From: a virus
Strand: one strand, 5' to 3'
IMG/VR virus record: IMGVR_UViG_3300037140_000174
Span: 29,070-93,069 of that record
DNA: 64,000 bases
Numbering within the stretch: position 1 is the stretch's first letter; every line of letters begins with the position of its first letter. Under the pieces are notes generated by a model that had not been told where the DNA came from, searched no databases, and was given only the letters and a program-made list of their open reading frames with translations. The position numbers and the translations under genes were made by a program. Below, in pieces: positions 38,474 to 47,848 of this stretch.

Positions 38474-38476
38474 ATC

Positions 38477-38950
38477 TCAGTGCAGTATTTTCACCTGTTT
38501 CAGAACCGGCACTACATAATTTTTGTTGCATTTTGCATCATCAGGGAAGTGCCCTTCCGGGTCAGGGAGTACCAACTGCTGCACCGTGTATTCGTCAGTG
38601 CCGAAATACTCACCAGCTTGAATAGTAAATCTGATTTTTGCTTCAGGTTGAGTATCCCAAGCCATAAGTGACATTGCACCGCCTAGGTTCACGCTGGAAC
38701 CATTGTCAAATGGTTTACCACGTTCAATCAGCATTTCTGAAAGTTTATTGAGAGCTTGACCCATCATATGTGGATTGAAATTGCCAATGATCAAAAGCTC
38801 AGGAAGCCCCTTGATGTGATTGCCTATGGTGTAGGAGAACCCTGTTTTTCGTGGCTCAGGGGTAACCCCTATGATTTGCCTGCCATGTATCGCTATGTTG
38901 CTGGCTATATGAAACTGGATCTCATCAATGGTTTTTCTAACCTTTTTCAC
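38477..38950 (-). CDS. DUF4262-like protein
   Basis: I..HG..I.GV, FSYTIG, LPEL.I.G, Q.V.PD..G.FP. Confidence 0.75.
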   Translation of the reverse strand: MKKVRKTIDEIQFHIASNIAIHGRQIIGVTPEPRKTGFSYTIGNHIKGLPELLIIGNFNPHMMGQALNKLSEMLIERGKPFDNGSSVNLGGAMSLMAWDTQPEAKIRFTIQAGEYFGTDEYTVQQLVLPDPEGHFPDDAKCNKNYVVPVLKQVKILH

Positions 38951-38964
38951 CTTTAGCCCCTTCC

Positions 38965-39102
38965 TTTGAGTTGACCGTCTTGCAAGGTTTCACCGGCTTT
39001 CAACTGATCCCCGCAAGAGTTCCGGAACCTTGCCTTGTTGCGCCTACACGCTCGCCCGTTGACGGCCACGGATGCGGGGGCAATGCCAACCCTTGCGGTA
39101 AC
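38965..39102 (-). ncRNA. Structured 5' leader upstream of the DUF4262 gene
   Basis: CCGCAAGGGUU/AACUCUUGCGG closing helix; AGUUGA..CCG/CGG.UCAACU second domain. Confidence 0.4.
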
Positions 39103-39207
39103 AAAAACTAGCCTATTTAGCGCCCTAAGCGCAGCCTGCTGGCAAGCTTTTTGAGGCATGGGGTACCCCCTTTGCCCTAAATGGCCTAGGCTACTGTACA
39201 GGGCTTG

Positions 39208-39423
39208 CTAAGCCATGAGTTTGGTTCGCACCCTTTTGGGTGTAGGCGGTTCTGGTTCTATAACTTTGAGTGCGTGGGTTCTGCACATATTGATGAGTTT
39301 TGTGTGATCGACAAGGAGCCGACCAAGCACATCACGATCAACTTTAACTGTTCGTTTCAACCCATCAACAAGGTCATGGAGGGTTTCAAAGTCATCCTTA
39401 GTGGTGAGGAGGGTTACGGGCAT
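39208..39423 (-). CDS. Hypothetical protein
   Basis: Operon-packed ORF. Confidence 0.55.
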   Translation of the reverse strand: MPVTLLTTKDDFETLHDLVDGLKRTVKVDRDVLGRLLVDHTKLINMCRTHALKVIEPEPPTPKRVRTKLMA

Positions 39424-39654
39424 TTAATAGTCATCATGTTCGAACGCCTCCTGGCAAGCAGTTTTACATTCAGTGGCGGAACCATATGGCCCCATCAGTT
39501 CGCTAATTGGGCGCTCAAATGTATCTATGATCTGCCAGTAGTAACCAAGCATCACATCCCCATCAGGGTCCTTTGTTGACCCGTCAAAGTTATAGATCAT
39601 TGCTTCTTGTGGCATTTTGACTCCCCATACTGACGGTTTCAAGGTAAGTGTCAT
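39424..39654 (-). CDS. Hypothetical protein
   Basis: GYYW...GPY.S..E phage pattern; start uncertain. Confidence 0.5.
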   Translation of the reverse strand: MTLTLKPSVWGVKMPQEAMIYNFDGSTKDPDGDVMLGYYWQIIDTFERPISELMGPYGSATECKTACQEAFEHDDY

Positions 39655-39862
39655 GGACCCCGGCTACTGCGTAGATGAGTATGCTTTTGTGTGGGCCTTC
39701 AGTGACGAGCTGCTGGGCCATTGCCCGGGCCTGTGGTAGAGTTGGATACTCATACCGTTCATTCTGCATGTTTTTGCGTCGAATAACGGTGTAGTAGTCA
39801 GCATGGGATATTACCCATGCTCTCCAAGCAGCAGGGCTTTCATATTGAGCTTCACGTTCCAT
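39590..39862 (-). CDS. Hypothetical protein
   Basis: GGAGG RBS; A...A......IYAV. Confidence 0.55.
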   Translation of the reverse strand: MEREAQYESPAAWRAWVISHADYYTVIRRKNMQNERYEYPTLPQARAMAQQLVTEGPHKSILIYAVAGVHDTYLETVSMGSQNATRSNDL

Positions 39863-40472
39863 GGTCTTCTACCTCCGCGTCAATAACCCAATGTGAGGCT
39901 TGTCTTCCATCTCCGGTCATGCCGAACCATTGCTTGGCTGTGAGGGAATAACCTTTGAACAGCTCCCAAATGTCATCGTTGTGGGTCAGCTTCATGAAGC
40001 TGGTTCGGTTGATGGTAGGGTCAAACGGTTCGCAGGCCATTTTAGCAAAAAAGCGACCCCCCGGCTTTAGCCATTTGCGAGCTTTTTGGACAATGCCCCA
40101 TTGTTCTTTGAATGGTATCATCTGCAATGTGCAAACATCGATGACACAATCAATGGATGAGGGGTCAAGTTCGAGAGTGGTTATGTCAGCGACAATAAGT
40201 TCTAGATTAGGCGCAGGTTTGTTTTTGTAATGGTTTAAGAGACGTGAAATAGCTGCTGAGGAACCATCAACAGCGGTGACTGTAAATCCTCTCCCCACGA
40301 GGGGGATTGTTTGCGCTCCAGTTCCACACCCCAAATCAAGGAATGTTACGGATGAGGAAGGGACCGGGGTGGCCCCATAGTGCTGCATGACAAGGGACAT
40401 TATGAGTTCGTCTGGAAATGTGTGCCAAACGAACTCACGATGGATTTTATCCCATTCAGGATTGAACGGCAT
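39852..40472 (-). CDS. Class I SAM-dependent methyltransferase
   Basis: FLDLGCGTG, VTAVD.S, ADI, LKPGG. Confidence 0.85.
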   Translation of the reverse strand: MPFNPEWDKIHREFVWHTFPDELIMSLVMQHYGATPVPSSSVTFLDLGCGTGAQTIPLVGRGFTVTAVDGSSAAISRLLNHYKNKPAPNLELIVADITTLELDPSSIDCVIDVCTLQMIPFKEQWGIVQKARKWLKPGGRFFAKMACEPFDPTINRTSFMKLTHNDDIWELFKGYSLTAKQWFGMTGDGRQASHWVIDAEVEDHGT

Positions 40473-40771
40473 TAGTTTATCTCAGATGGGTTAACTAATG
40501 TTTTGTTTTTGAAACCGCTGTTTGCGGCATCCTGAACTATTTCTGCAAAAGCCTGAACATTGTGTTCGAGTGAGACAAGATCAGGTGACTTAACCGCGAG
40601 GCTGACCCCAATCAGCCCGGCCAATGTGATGTCGACTGACAATGGGGAAAGCTCGTGTTCCATAGCGTACTTGCTAATGAGCTTCGTTAGGTCGAAGTCA
40701 ACTAGCTTTTTGACTTCGTTCATTGTGAGCACAGTTTTCTCAACATCGTCATCCATGTTAATGACCCTCAT
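40472..40771 (-). CDS. Hypothetical protein
   Basis: Coupled ORF. Confidence 0.55.
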   Translation of the reverse strand: MRVINMDDDVEKTVLTMNEVKKLVDFDLTKLISKYAMEHELSPLSVDITLAGLIGVSLAVKSPDLVSLEHNVQAFAEIVQDAANSGFKNKTLVNPSEIN

Positions 40772-40831
40772 TTGTGGAAGATGAAAAAGGGCCAGATCAT
40801 TACGACCTGGCCCTCTGTACTCTACGCTACC

Positions 40832-41083
40832 TTACCAGAAGTAGCGGTGTGGTTTTTTGTGAACGGGCCACGCCGCATTATCTGCTTCAACTTTCCCAAG
40901 GAAAACTGCTCGGGTTAGTTTGTCTGCTTTGCGACGATGTGGGCGTCTATGAAAAACAATATCCCACCAAGCAGGCCAATTATTCAACCAGCGGTATTCG
41001 TCACCAAGCTTTTTTGCTTTCCATCGATCAAAACGCCCACCCCTTGTGTTGCTTCGTGGACGTTTGCGTTTGTGGTTCGCCAT
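40832..41083 (-). CDS. Basic hypothetical protein
   Basis: MANHKRKRPR; P.WW...FH.RP.R ... KPH.Y.W. Confidence 0.55.
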   Translation of the reverse strand: MANHKRKRPRSNTRGGRFDRWKAKKLGDEYRWLNNWPAWWDIVFHRRPHRRKADKLTRAVFLGKVEADNAAWPVHKKPHRYFW

Positions 41084-41312
41084 GACTTTTAGCTCCATTT
41101 TTGGTGCTAATTTGTCATGTTCAATCTCCTTTGGTTGTTGGAAGCTGTTTGGCTGACCCCTCATGTCGCGGAACCGCTTCAGGCGGATCCCCACACCCTT
41201 TAGACAGCCTAATCTAATCCATTTTAAAGTGAGGAGGGGAAGTGAGGACTAGTCACACCCATTGGCTCACCATTTTCGGTGAGTCACACCGATTCTGGAT
41301 CAGAGGTAGATT

Positions 41313-41867
41313 TTACTCCGCAGTTTTGGCGGTGATCTTATACCGCGTAACTTTTCGGTTACCTTCACCGTCAACTGACGTTTTCTGGACAGTGTGACCG
41401 CGCGCCTCAACCTCAGTCAGGAGGTTGAATTGGTTGCTGCCAACTGCTTCCTTCACCTCGGCAAGGGTTGCCCCTTTGCCTTTGGCGTAGATAGCTGCCG
41501 CGTTGGACTTGATGCTTCCCTTGCGAAAGCCGAACTTGTCCAGCTTTGCAGGGTCAACAGTGCGTTCCTTGCGTTCAGCCTTGGCTTCCTTGGGAGCCTT
41601 GGCAGGCTTCTCAGCCTTAGCCGCCTTCGCAGGCTTGGCTACCTTCGCGGGCTTACCAACCTTGGAGGGCTTGGCTTCCTTGGCATGACCATTTGCCTTG
41701 GCTTTAACGGGCTTACGAGCCGGGGCATCAGCTTCGTCAGCAGCGAGGGCCGAATCGGGGGCCCTCGCTACTTCAACCTTTCCTTTAGCCATCTTAGTCA
41801 ACTCACTTTCATTGTTCTTGTCACGCACCAGAGCTTTAGGGAGGTCTGGGATGATCGAGGTTGTCAT
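41313..41867 (-). CDS. Histone-H1-like Lys/Ala/Pro-rich protein with C-terminal winged helix
   Basis: KPAK repeats; DKFG...GS......Y....GATL.EVKEA.G. Confidence 0.7.
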   Translation of the reverse strand: MTTSIIPDLPKALVRDKNNESELTKMAKGKVEVARAPDSALAADEADAPARKPVKAKANGHAKEAKPSKVGKPAKVAKPAKAAKAEKPAKAPKEAKAERKERTVDPAKLDKFGFRKGSIKSNAAAIYAKGKGATLAEVKEAVGSNQFNLLTEVEARGHTVQKTSVDGEGNRKVTRYKITAKTAE

Positions 41868-41876
41868 GATGGCACC

Positions 41877-41905
41877 GATATGAAACCGTTTCTCTAAACT
41901 GTCAA
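41877..41905 (-). promoter_or_regulatory. Sigma70-type promoter
   Basis: TTGACA-N17-CATATC. Confidence 0.65.
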
Positions 41906-41911
41906 GGAGTT

Positions 41912-42184
41912 TTAATCGGTCAATTTGGCTTTGCCGTTGGCGAGCGAAACATTACGCTTTCCGCAAGCCAAAGCAACCGCAGCGACGGTGGTGAATTGGG
42001 GGCGTCTTGTCTTGCCCGTGAACCATCCACGGATAGCCGCCACACTGACTCCAGAGTCAGTGTGAAGTTCCGTGTATGATTTCTGCGAATCTGATACTGC
42101 GGTTCGCAGTGCATCAATGATCGGGTCCTTATCCACAAACGAATAGGACTTGTACTTGATGAAGCCACGTACTTTCTTAGCCAT
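41912..42184 (-). CDS. XRE-family HTH protein
   Basis: SGVS...I..W..G.TRRPQ..TV.AV. Confidence 0.7.
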   Translation of the reverse strand: MAKKVRGFIKYKSYSFVDKDPIIDALRTAVSDSQKSYTELHTDSGVSVAAIRGWFTGKTRRPQFTTVAAVALACGKRNVSLANGKAKLTD

Positions 42185-42208
42185 AGTTCTTTCTCCTGGT
42201 TGGTTTGG

Positions 42209-43297
42209 TTACTCAGAAATTGTGTCAGCAGACTCAACATCCGCAGGCAGTTCCTCAACAAAGCGCGGTTGGAGCCGCTTGGTTCGCTTCCCTGAGTTTA
42301 GATGTTTGACCATCAAGCCATAGAGGATGTTTTGTGAAGCCCCGGCAGAGGACGTCAATGGTGAAATGCCGGGGTCGTTTAGAGGGAAGCTTGAAAGCTT
42401 CCGCCTAATATCAATGTTCACTGAGAACTTGTGACCATTGAAACTCCAAAAATCAAGATGATTGGAAAATATCCCAGCCATCATATAAAGGAAACCCGCG
42501 TTCAGATGAGGGGATAGTTCCCTATACTGAACTGTACGAATACCCCACACTTCGTCAATCACATCAAAGAATAATCTGACGTTATCACGAAGCTGACTGA
42601 GCGTGACTTTCTCAGCCAAGTTGTCCAGTTGGGTACCCAGTTCGCCGATGAGGATCGCTTTGCCAGCACCAACATGTCCGTGGAGCCGGGCGCTGATTTT
42701 CAGCACGTTTAGTGCTGTGATCAGCTTTCCGCGTTTCATGTTTTGATCCCATGAAACCTTGCCACCAAGGGCGAACGAAGTATTGCCTTCGTCCGTCATA
42801 TTGAAGATGGCGGCAATCGTCCGGTGGTTCTCCCGCATATTGCGCAGGAGAATGTTTGGCGAAACTTTCACCCGGTCTGAGTTGAGCACTCGAAACCGCT
42901 CACGTTCCCAGACCACGTTAGTTTTGAAATGAATAGCAGCTCCTAAAAACACAGGGGTTCCCGGATACATTGCCATGGCGTTCATGCAGGCGTTGACTCG
43001 CTGCTGGCCATCAATGATGTAGCAGGGGTCTTGAAGGAACCAGTCGTCTTTGACGCTACGCACTTTGTCACCCCGCATCCCAATTTCAATGTCGGGGAGA
43101 GATACACCGCCCTTCACGGCGAGTGTGAGCTTTGAAAGCTTGCCCAAGGGCAATGCCTCCCTTTGGTACTCATCGATCAAAAGGTGTCTGAGGCTTGCAG
43201 AATCAATTACCCCTCTGAGGATGACAGTGCCACCACGCAATGGGCTTTCTTGTAGAGCCCCGCTGGTTACTTTGATGGACTTCAAGTCCGTTGCCAT
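42209..43297 (-). CDS. ParB-like/DGQHR-superfamily protein
   Basis: YQRE, IIDGQQR, E...F..LN. Confidence 0.65.
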   Translation of the reverse strand: MATDLKSIKVTSGALQESPLRGGTVILRGVIDSASLRHLLIDEYQREALPLGKLSKLTLAVKGGVSLPDIEIGMRGDKVRSVKDDWFLQDPCYIIDGQQRVNACMNAMAMYPGTPVFLGAAIHFKTNVVWERERFRVLNSDRVKVSPNILLRNMRENHRTIAAIFNMTDEGNTSFALGGKVSWDQNMKRGKLITALNVLKISARLHGHVGAGKAILIGELGTQLDNLAEKVTLSQLRDNVRLFFDVIDEVWGIRTVQYRELSPHLNAGFLYMMAGIFSNHLDFWSFNGHKFSVNIDIRRKLSSFPLNDPGISPLTSSAGASQNILYGLMVKHLNSGKRTKRLQPRFVEELPADVESADTISE

Positions 43298-43333
43298 TTG
43301 GATCTCCTTTGGAGTTGGAATGGCGGTTGAGGA

Positions 43334-43705
43334 TTATTTGCTGATGACGACGTACTTTGTGCCTTTGCCAGTGGTTCCTTTCTTTTTTCTGAGGAATTTT
43401 GCTTTTTGCAGTTTGTAGGTGGAGTTTGATGTGCTCTTTGGGGAGCCTCCTAAAGCAACAACAATTTTTCTTATGTCAGCAGCGTTTACTTCCTTCAAGT
43501 GGTGTGTGGAAATATACGCGGCGACCTGTTCGTGCATAGCCGAACCATCGTTCGTTGTGGTGGCTTTTACTTTGCCACCAGAAGCTTTGGCCCCTTTGAC
43601 GGGGACGAAAGTTGGACGGCCCAACGTCATACCTTCTAAAGCCCAGGCCACTTTGCCGAGCTTTTTCTCCTCAACGTAAAGCTCTTCTATCTTGAAGATA
43701 CTCAT
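43334..43705 (-). CDS. Basic protein with probable C-terminal winged helix
   Basis: S...YKL.K..FL......KG..Y. Confidence 0.55.
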   Translation of the reverse strand: MSIFKIEELYVEEKKLGKVAWALEGMTLGRPTFVPVKGAKASGGKVKATTTNDGSAMHEQVAAYISTHHLKEVNAADIRKIVVALGGSPKSTSNSTYKLQKAKFLRKKKGTTGKGTKYVVISK

Positions 43706-43872
43706 GATTCCTGTTTCTCCTTCTTGTTAAGTTCGTCCATGAATCCAGCACGCCATTGTTCCCAATTGTAGGAGTAGCGTGGGTGTGGATTAGATAAGAA
43801 AAGGGCGCGAGCTTTATGAGCTTCGAGCCCCTGTTCGTAGGCAACACTGCTTGTTGCTGGGTAATCCTCCAA
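43702..43872 (-). CDS. 56 aa Rmf/CrpP-like peptide (not in ORF track)
   Basis: TTG start after conserved leader; AYEQG..A......NP.......W.AGF; stop overlaps next ATG. Confidence 0.6.
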   Translation of the reverse strand: MEDYPATSSVAYEQGLEAHKARALFLSNPHPRYSYNWEQWRAGFMDELNKKEKQES

Positions 43873-43943
43873 TTTTCTCCTCCTGTTAGCTGGAACGTAA
43901 GTGTTCCCTGAGTGGCACCTGTGAAGATGCCACCTAGTAACAC

Positions 43944-45110
43944 TTAGAAGGCTGATTCTATTTTGATGACGTCGCCGAATGGCGGTACATATTGCGCGAG
44001 GGTGCTGTCAGTGGCGTAGGCAGCCCAAAGCGTTGGAATGCCCAAGTCCTCACCCCATGAAGTAGTCATCATGTCAGTGAGGTAAACGATGCACGACGCG
44101 TCACAGGCATGTTCCTTTATCCACCTGAACGAGTCATCAAAATCAGTGCCACCACCGCCTGCTGGGTTTGGGATTACCAAATCACCAGCATGGAATTCAT
44201 CCACACGTTCAACGGCAGCATCTGCGTAAATGATCGTGAGCTTGTCAGCGACACCCTGGTTGAGTGCCCCAGCCATTTCACTGATCATGGCTCGCATCAG
44301 GTCGTCTTGAATTGAGCCTGATGTGTCAATCACTCCGACCAAGTGATGTAACGCATCCGGGATGTGACCCGGCAAGATCAAGCCGGAGCTGATATAGCGC
44401 CGGTTTGGCCGTGACCAAGAATGGTCCTTGGTCATGCTTTGGTCGATGAATTGCTGTGTCAGGTCACGCCAAGATACTTTGGGTTCTTCAAGCTGTTGGG
44501 CTAGCCGTGCCAAGTGAGCAGGCAGCCTTCCAGCATTCTGTGATTTGGCTACGTTTATGGCAAGCCGAACGTTGGCTTCCCATTCAGCGGCCACTTCTTC
44601 AGGCACAGCCGCACCATCAATGTCGATGGAAATGCCGCACCCCCCGCCATCCAAATCACCCGGTGTCAGAGTGATTGTCATGGTAGGTATTTTCGGCAGT
44701 CGTTCGTAGATCTCTTCAGTGCTCATGCCGTCATATTTGGGATCATGCAGTCGTGACTTTGGCAGTACAAACGGCACCTTGAGCAGGTCGGAATTGATCA
44801 CGTAGTCACCAGCAAAGTTCCAACGAAGTGGATCCCGCTGGCCGCGCCTACTGAAGTGTTTGTAAGCGCAGTGTAATATCTCATGTGCAATGACACCAAC
44901 CAGTTTGTCCTCAGTAAGTTTGAGGACGAAGTCAGGCCAGTAGTACATATGCACACCATCAACTGCCATCGTTTCACAGTGTTGACCCCGGATGTTTTTA
45001 TCCTGGATCTCCAATGTTTCAAGGTGCAGCGCCAAGCATCCGAAAAATGGTTGGCTGACGATTAACTGCGATCTCGCCTTTACAATGGCTTTGTGAGCCT
45101 GCTTATTCAT
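43944..45110 (-). CDS. DUF2201-type HExxH metallopeptidase plus VWA protein
   Basis: T.AVDG, HEILH, WN.A.D..IN, DTSGS, GGGGTDF, YLTD. Confidence 0.85.
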   Translation of the reverse strand: MNKQAHKAIVKARSQLIVSQPFFGCLALHLETLEIQDKNIRGQHCETMAVDGVHMYYWPDFVLKLTEDKLVGVIAHEILHCAYKHFSRRGQRDPLRWNFAGDYVINSDLLKVPFVLPKSRLHDPKYDGMSTEEIYERLPKIPTMTITLTPGDLDGGGCGISIDIDGAAVPEEVAAEWEANVRLAINVAKSQNAGRLPAHLARLAQQLEEPKVSWRDLTQQFIDQSMTKDHSWSRPNRRYISSGLILPGHIPDALHHLVGVIDTSGSIQDDLMRAMISEMAGALNQGVADKLTIIYADAAVERVDEFHAGDLVIPNPAGGGGTDFDDSFRWIKEHACDASCIVYLTDMMTTSWGEDLGIPTLWAAYATDSTLAQYVPPFGDVIKIESAF

Positions 45111-45136
45111 TTTCTCCTCCTGTTTGGTTAAAGTAA

Positions 45137-45862
45137 CTAATTGAAATCTTTTGGTGGATTATCACTCAGCCACAAGATAAGTCTTTCAAGTTGCCATTTT
45201 TCTTCAGCGTCCCTAGCAGCGTCCCCAACAGCGGTCCTAGCAGCGGCCCTAGCAGCGGTCCTAGCAGCGTCCCCAACAGCGGTCCTAGCAGCGTCCCAAG
45301 CAGCGGCCCTAGCAGCGTCCCCAACAGCGGTCCTAGCAGCGGCCCTAGCAGCGGCCCTAGCAGCGGTCCTAGCAGCGGCCCTAGCAGCGGTCCTAGCAGC
45401 GCCCCCAACAGCGTCCCAAGCAGCGTCCCTAGCAGCGTCCCAAGCAGCGTCCTCAGCAGCGTCCCAAGCAGCGGCCCTATAAGCGGCCCCAGCAGCGTCC
45501 CCAACAGCGTCCCAAGCAGCGTCCCTAACAGCGTCCCAAGCAGCGTCCCCAGCAGCGTCCCAAGCAGCGTCCCTATAAAATTTTCTTGATATGGATATTG
45601 TATTCCTTGGTCTGTTATCTTTTGGTCTTTCTATTTCGAATAAATGAAGGACATGGGCAGCACAATCACAACCCCATAGTCCTATTCTTTTTTCTATTTG
45701 TTTGTCTTTTATTGCTAATTTTATGGCGGCTTCGTAAACTTCATTTAGTGAGAGTTGGAGGCTTTGTGCTTTAATCCAAGTTCCACCTCCAAAAAGGATG
45801 GACAACTCTACTAATTTTTCTGGTTTTGGATCAAGTTTTGAGAGTTGTGAGAATGTAATCAT
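45137..45862 (-). CDS. Protein with Ala-rich AAW/RDA tetrapeptide repeats
   Basis: DCA.HVL..FE.....D.RPR domain followed by repeats. Confidence 0.7.
   Translation of the reverse strand: MITFSQLSKLDPKPEKLVELSILFGGGTWIKAQSLQLSLNEVYEAAIKLAIKDKQIEKRIGLWGCDCAAHVLHLFEIERPKDNRPRNTISISRKFYRDAAWDAAGDAAWDAVRDAAWDAVGDAAGAAYRAAAWDAAEDAAWDAARDAAWDAVGGAARTAARAAARTAARAAARAAARTAVGDAARAAAWDAARTAVGDAARTAARAAARTAVGDAARDAEEKWQLERLILWLSDNPPKDFN
45204..45574. repeat. Degenerate 12 bp tandem repeat (~30 units)
   Basis: GCAGCGTCCCAA / GCAGCGGCCCTA / GCAGCGGTCCTA variants. Confidence 0.9.
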
Positions 45863-45921
45863 TTAGGTTATCCTTTAAGTGTACCCTGAGAAGCCTCATT
45901 ACTGAGGCTTCCTAGCTACAC

Positions 45922-46266
45922 TCAGCGGGTCTCAAACGTGATCCGCTCTTCATTATTCTCCTTCAGGTACTGCTCATAGGTTCGGTAGTCGGCTTCCTTG
46001 AAGGCTTTTTGATCGAAGCGGGTGGTGGGTATGAGTGAAAGCTTGGCTTTGAAGAGCTCACCAAGTATGAAGCCTTCCTTGCCCTTGCGTTGCTTCTTTA
46101 TGTCGGTTTTCACTGCATCATCAATGATTTCGCAATTTTTGGTGACCGCTTTTAGACGAGCAGCCACGTCAATTTGCTCTTCACGGGGCATTTTTGGAAG
46201 CAGTCTGACAAGCATTTCAAGAGCGTCAGATGCTTCTAGAAGTGAAGTTTTTACTGACTTCTGCAT
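45922..46266 (-). CDS. Hypothetical protein
   Basis: Conserved leader; T.RFD.KAFK...Y..Y tail seen in YqaJ-associated proteins. Confidence 0.65.
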   Translation of the reverse strand: MQKSVKTSLLEASDALEMLVRLLPKMPREEQIDVAARLKAVTKNCEIIDDAVKTDIKKQRKGKEGFILGELFKAKLSLIPTTRFDQKAFKEADYRTYEQYLKENNEERITFETR

Positions 46267-46420
46267 TTTCTCCTCCTGTTAGGTTTGGCCGGAACTGTTT
46301 TTCAGTTTCTGAGTTTGTGAAGTAGCAGGTCGCCGTTTTCAGTATCTTCATTTTCTCCTCCTGTTTGCAAATCAGCAAAACTTAAATAGGTGGGAAGTTG
46401 CCTTCCCACCAAAACACACC

Positions 46421-47473
46421 CTAAAGTTGCAAGTCTTTGTTTCGATTCGCAAAATCGCAGAAGGCTTGCGTTTCTGTTAGGCTTGCGTCTCGTTTGCAAC
46501 CATCAAGCGTCAGGCAGATCTCGAACTCACGGCCAAAGTCAGGCCGTGAGGCATATTGCAGTATTTTCCCCAGGTTGTTCCTGGTGGCCCCACGAGCCAG
46601 CATTGCCACCAGCGCATATCGCGATGACGGCTGCTTGGGGATGGGGCAGGTTTTTGGAGCTTTCAAAACGTCCTCCAGTGAAGGGAGGTCCAGCGTTTTG
46701 ATAAAGTTGCTGAACTCGATGCCTGCACCTTCACCGACGCAAGCAATGGTGCTTTTTGTCAGCGTGATTGGGTCGGTGTGCAGTTTGCAGATGCGTGACA
46801 CCATCTCCCAAGTACGCGGGCAGGGGAAGGCTTTTTCAGCCGCCCTCGCCGTTGCTACTACTTTGTTATCCTTACCCTTTTTCTCGGTGTCAGTGGTGTC
46901 AAACATCGAGTGGATGAGGGTGGGCCGGAACTTGATGAAGCCCAGCACATACTCATGGTAGCCCTGTTGAAGTCCGTAGCTGTAGAATTCCTCAGGGCTT
47001 GGCTCCACTTCAAGCCAAGCGAACCGGCTGGCTAAAGCGGTTGAGATGGTTTGTGCGCCAGCCCGATGCTTCTGGTTGTTGCCAGCCGCACAGCGGTACC
47101 AACCGGGCGGGATGACATGTGGCCCAGCCCGGCCATTGAGTACGATCTGGTACATGGCGGATTGCATCGCTTTGCTGCAATCAGCGGCCTCATCAAACAG
47201 AATGATGCCACGTTCGCCGTCACGCTCAACTGTGGGCCAGAAGTCAGGCCGTGCCCACGTTGAAAGATCACCACTGACTTTTGGTAAACCACGAAGGTCG
47301 ATAGGGTCCATCTGTGCGAGCCGCACGTCAATGAGTTTGATCTTTTCCTCATTGGCAATTTGCTGCCACGCGTCGGACTTGCCCACTCCAGGCGGCCCCT
47401 CCATGAATACGGGGATGCCCGCACGCATGAAGACTTTGCATAGGGCTTTGGCACTTCCTATTGTTTCGGTCAT
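46421..47473 (-). CDS. MoxR-like AAA+ ATPase
   Basis: GPPGVGKS, D.IDLRGLP, LFDE, AAGN, ALASRF, CPRTW. Confidence 0.9.
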   Translation of the reverse strand: MTETIGSAKALCKVFMRAGIPVFMEGPPGVGKSDAWQQIANEEKIKLIDVRLAQMDPIDLRGLPKVSGDLSTWARPDFWPTVERDGERGIILFDEAADCSKAMQSAMYQIVLNGRAGPHVIPPGWYRCAAGNNQKHRAGAQTISTALASRFAWLEVEPSPEEFYSYGLQQGYHEYVLGFIKFRPTLIHSMFDTTDTEKKGKDNKVVATARAAEKAFPCPRTWEMVSRICKLHTDPITLTKSTIACVGEGAGIEFSNFIKTLDLPSLEDVLKAPKTCPIPKQPSSRYALVAMLARGATRNNLGKILQYASRPDFGREFEICLTLDGCKRDASLTETQAFCDFANRNKDLQL

Positions 47474-47538
47474 TTTCTCCTCCTGTTTGAAGCAAAGTGC
47501 TTCTCACAGCCACCCTAAAAGGTGGCTGGAAGCAACAC

Positions 47539-47778
47539 TTAGAGATCAAGTGAGCCGTCACCCACAGCTTCAAGTGGATCATAATCAGGGTCAATTTCGC
47601 AAGGTTGCCCCATGCCGTAAGTAGATGCGTAAACGTCGGCTTGTTGACGTTTGAGTTTGTCAGGCTCACGCCGGATGTAATCGTTGACGGCTTCAAAACG
47701 CCACGCATCCTTTCCGTAGCTTCCTTCCCACCCAAGATTGATTACATCTTCAGGTGAGTTGACTTGTTTTCTTTCCAT
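47539..47778 (-). CDS. Hypothetical early protein
   Basis: ATG after conserved leader. Confidence 0.6.
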   Translation of the reverse strand: MERKQVNSPEDVINLGWEGSYGKDAWRFEAVNDYIRREPDKLKRQQADVYASTYGMGQPCEIDPDYDPLEAVGDGSLDL

Positions 47779-47848
47779 AGTTCTCCTCCTGTTTGTGCTA
47801 CACAGTAGCGTTGAGCGCACCACTGAGGATGCGCTCCGTCGCTGCTGT

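Noticed and set aside
42209-43297. Phosphorothioation (Dnd) system from the DGQQR motif
   Set aside because: No dndA/C/D/E or ssp genes; treated as a stand-alone ParB-like protein.
43671-43943. 90 aa ORF from the track
   Set aside because: It reads through the hairpin and leader; the leader points to the 43702..43872 frame.
45141-45589. Overlapping repeat ORFs (LLGP and PSSV/G frames)
   Set aside because: Artefacts of the 12 bp repeat; only the Ala-rich frame has a globular N-terminal domain.
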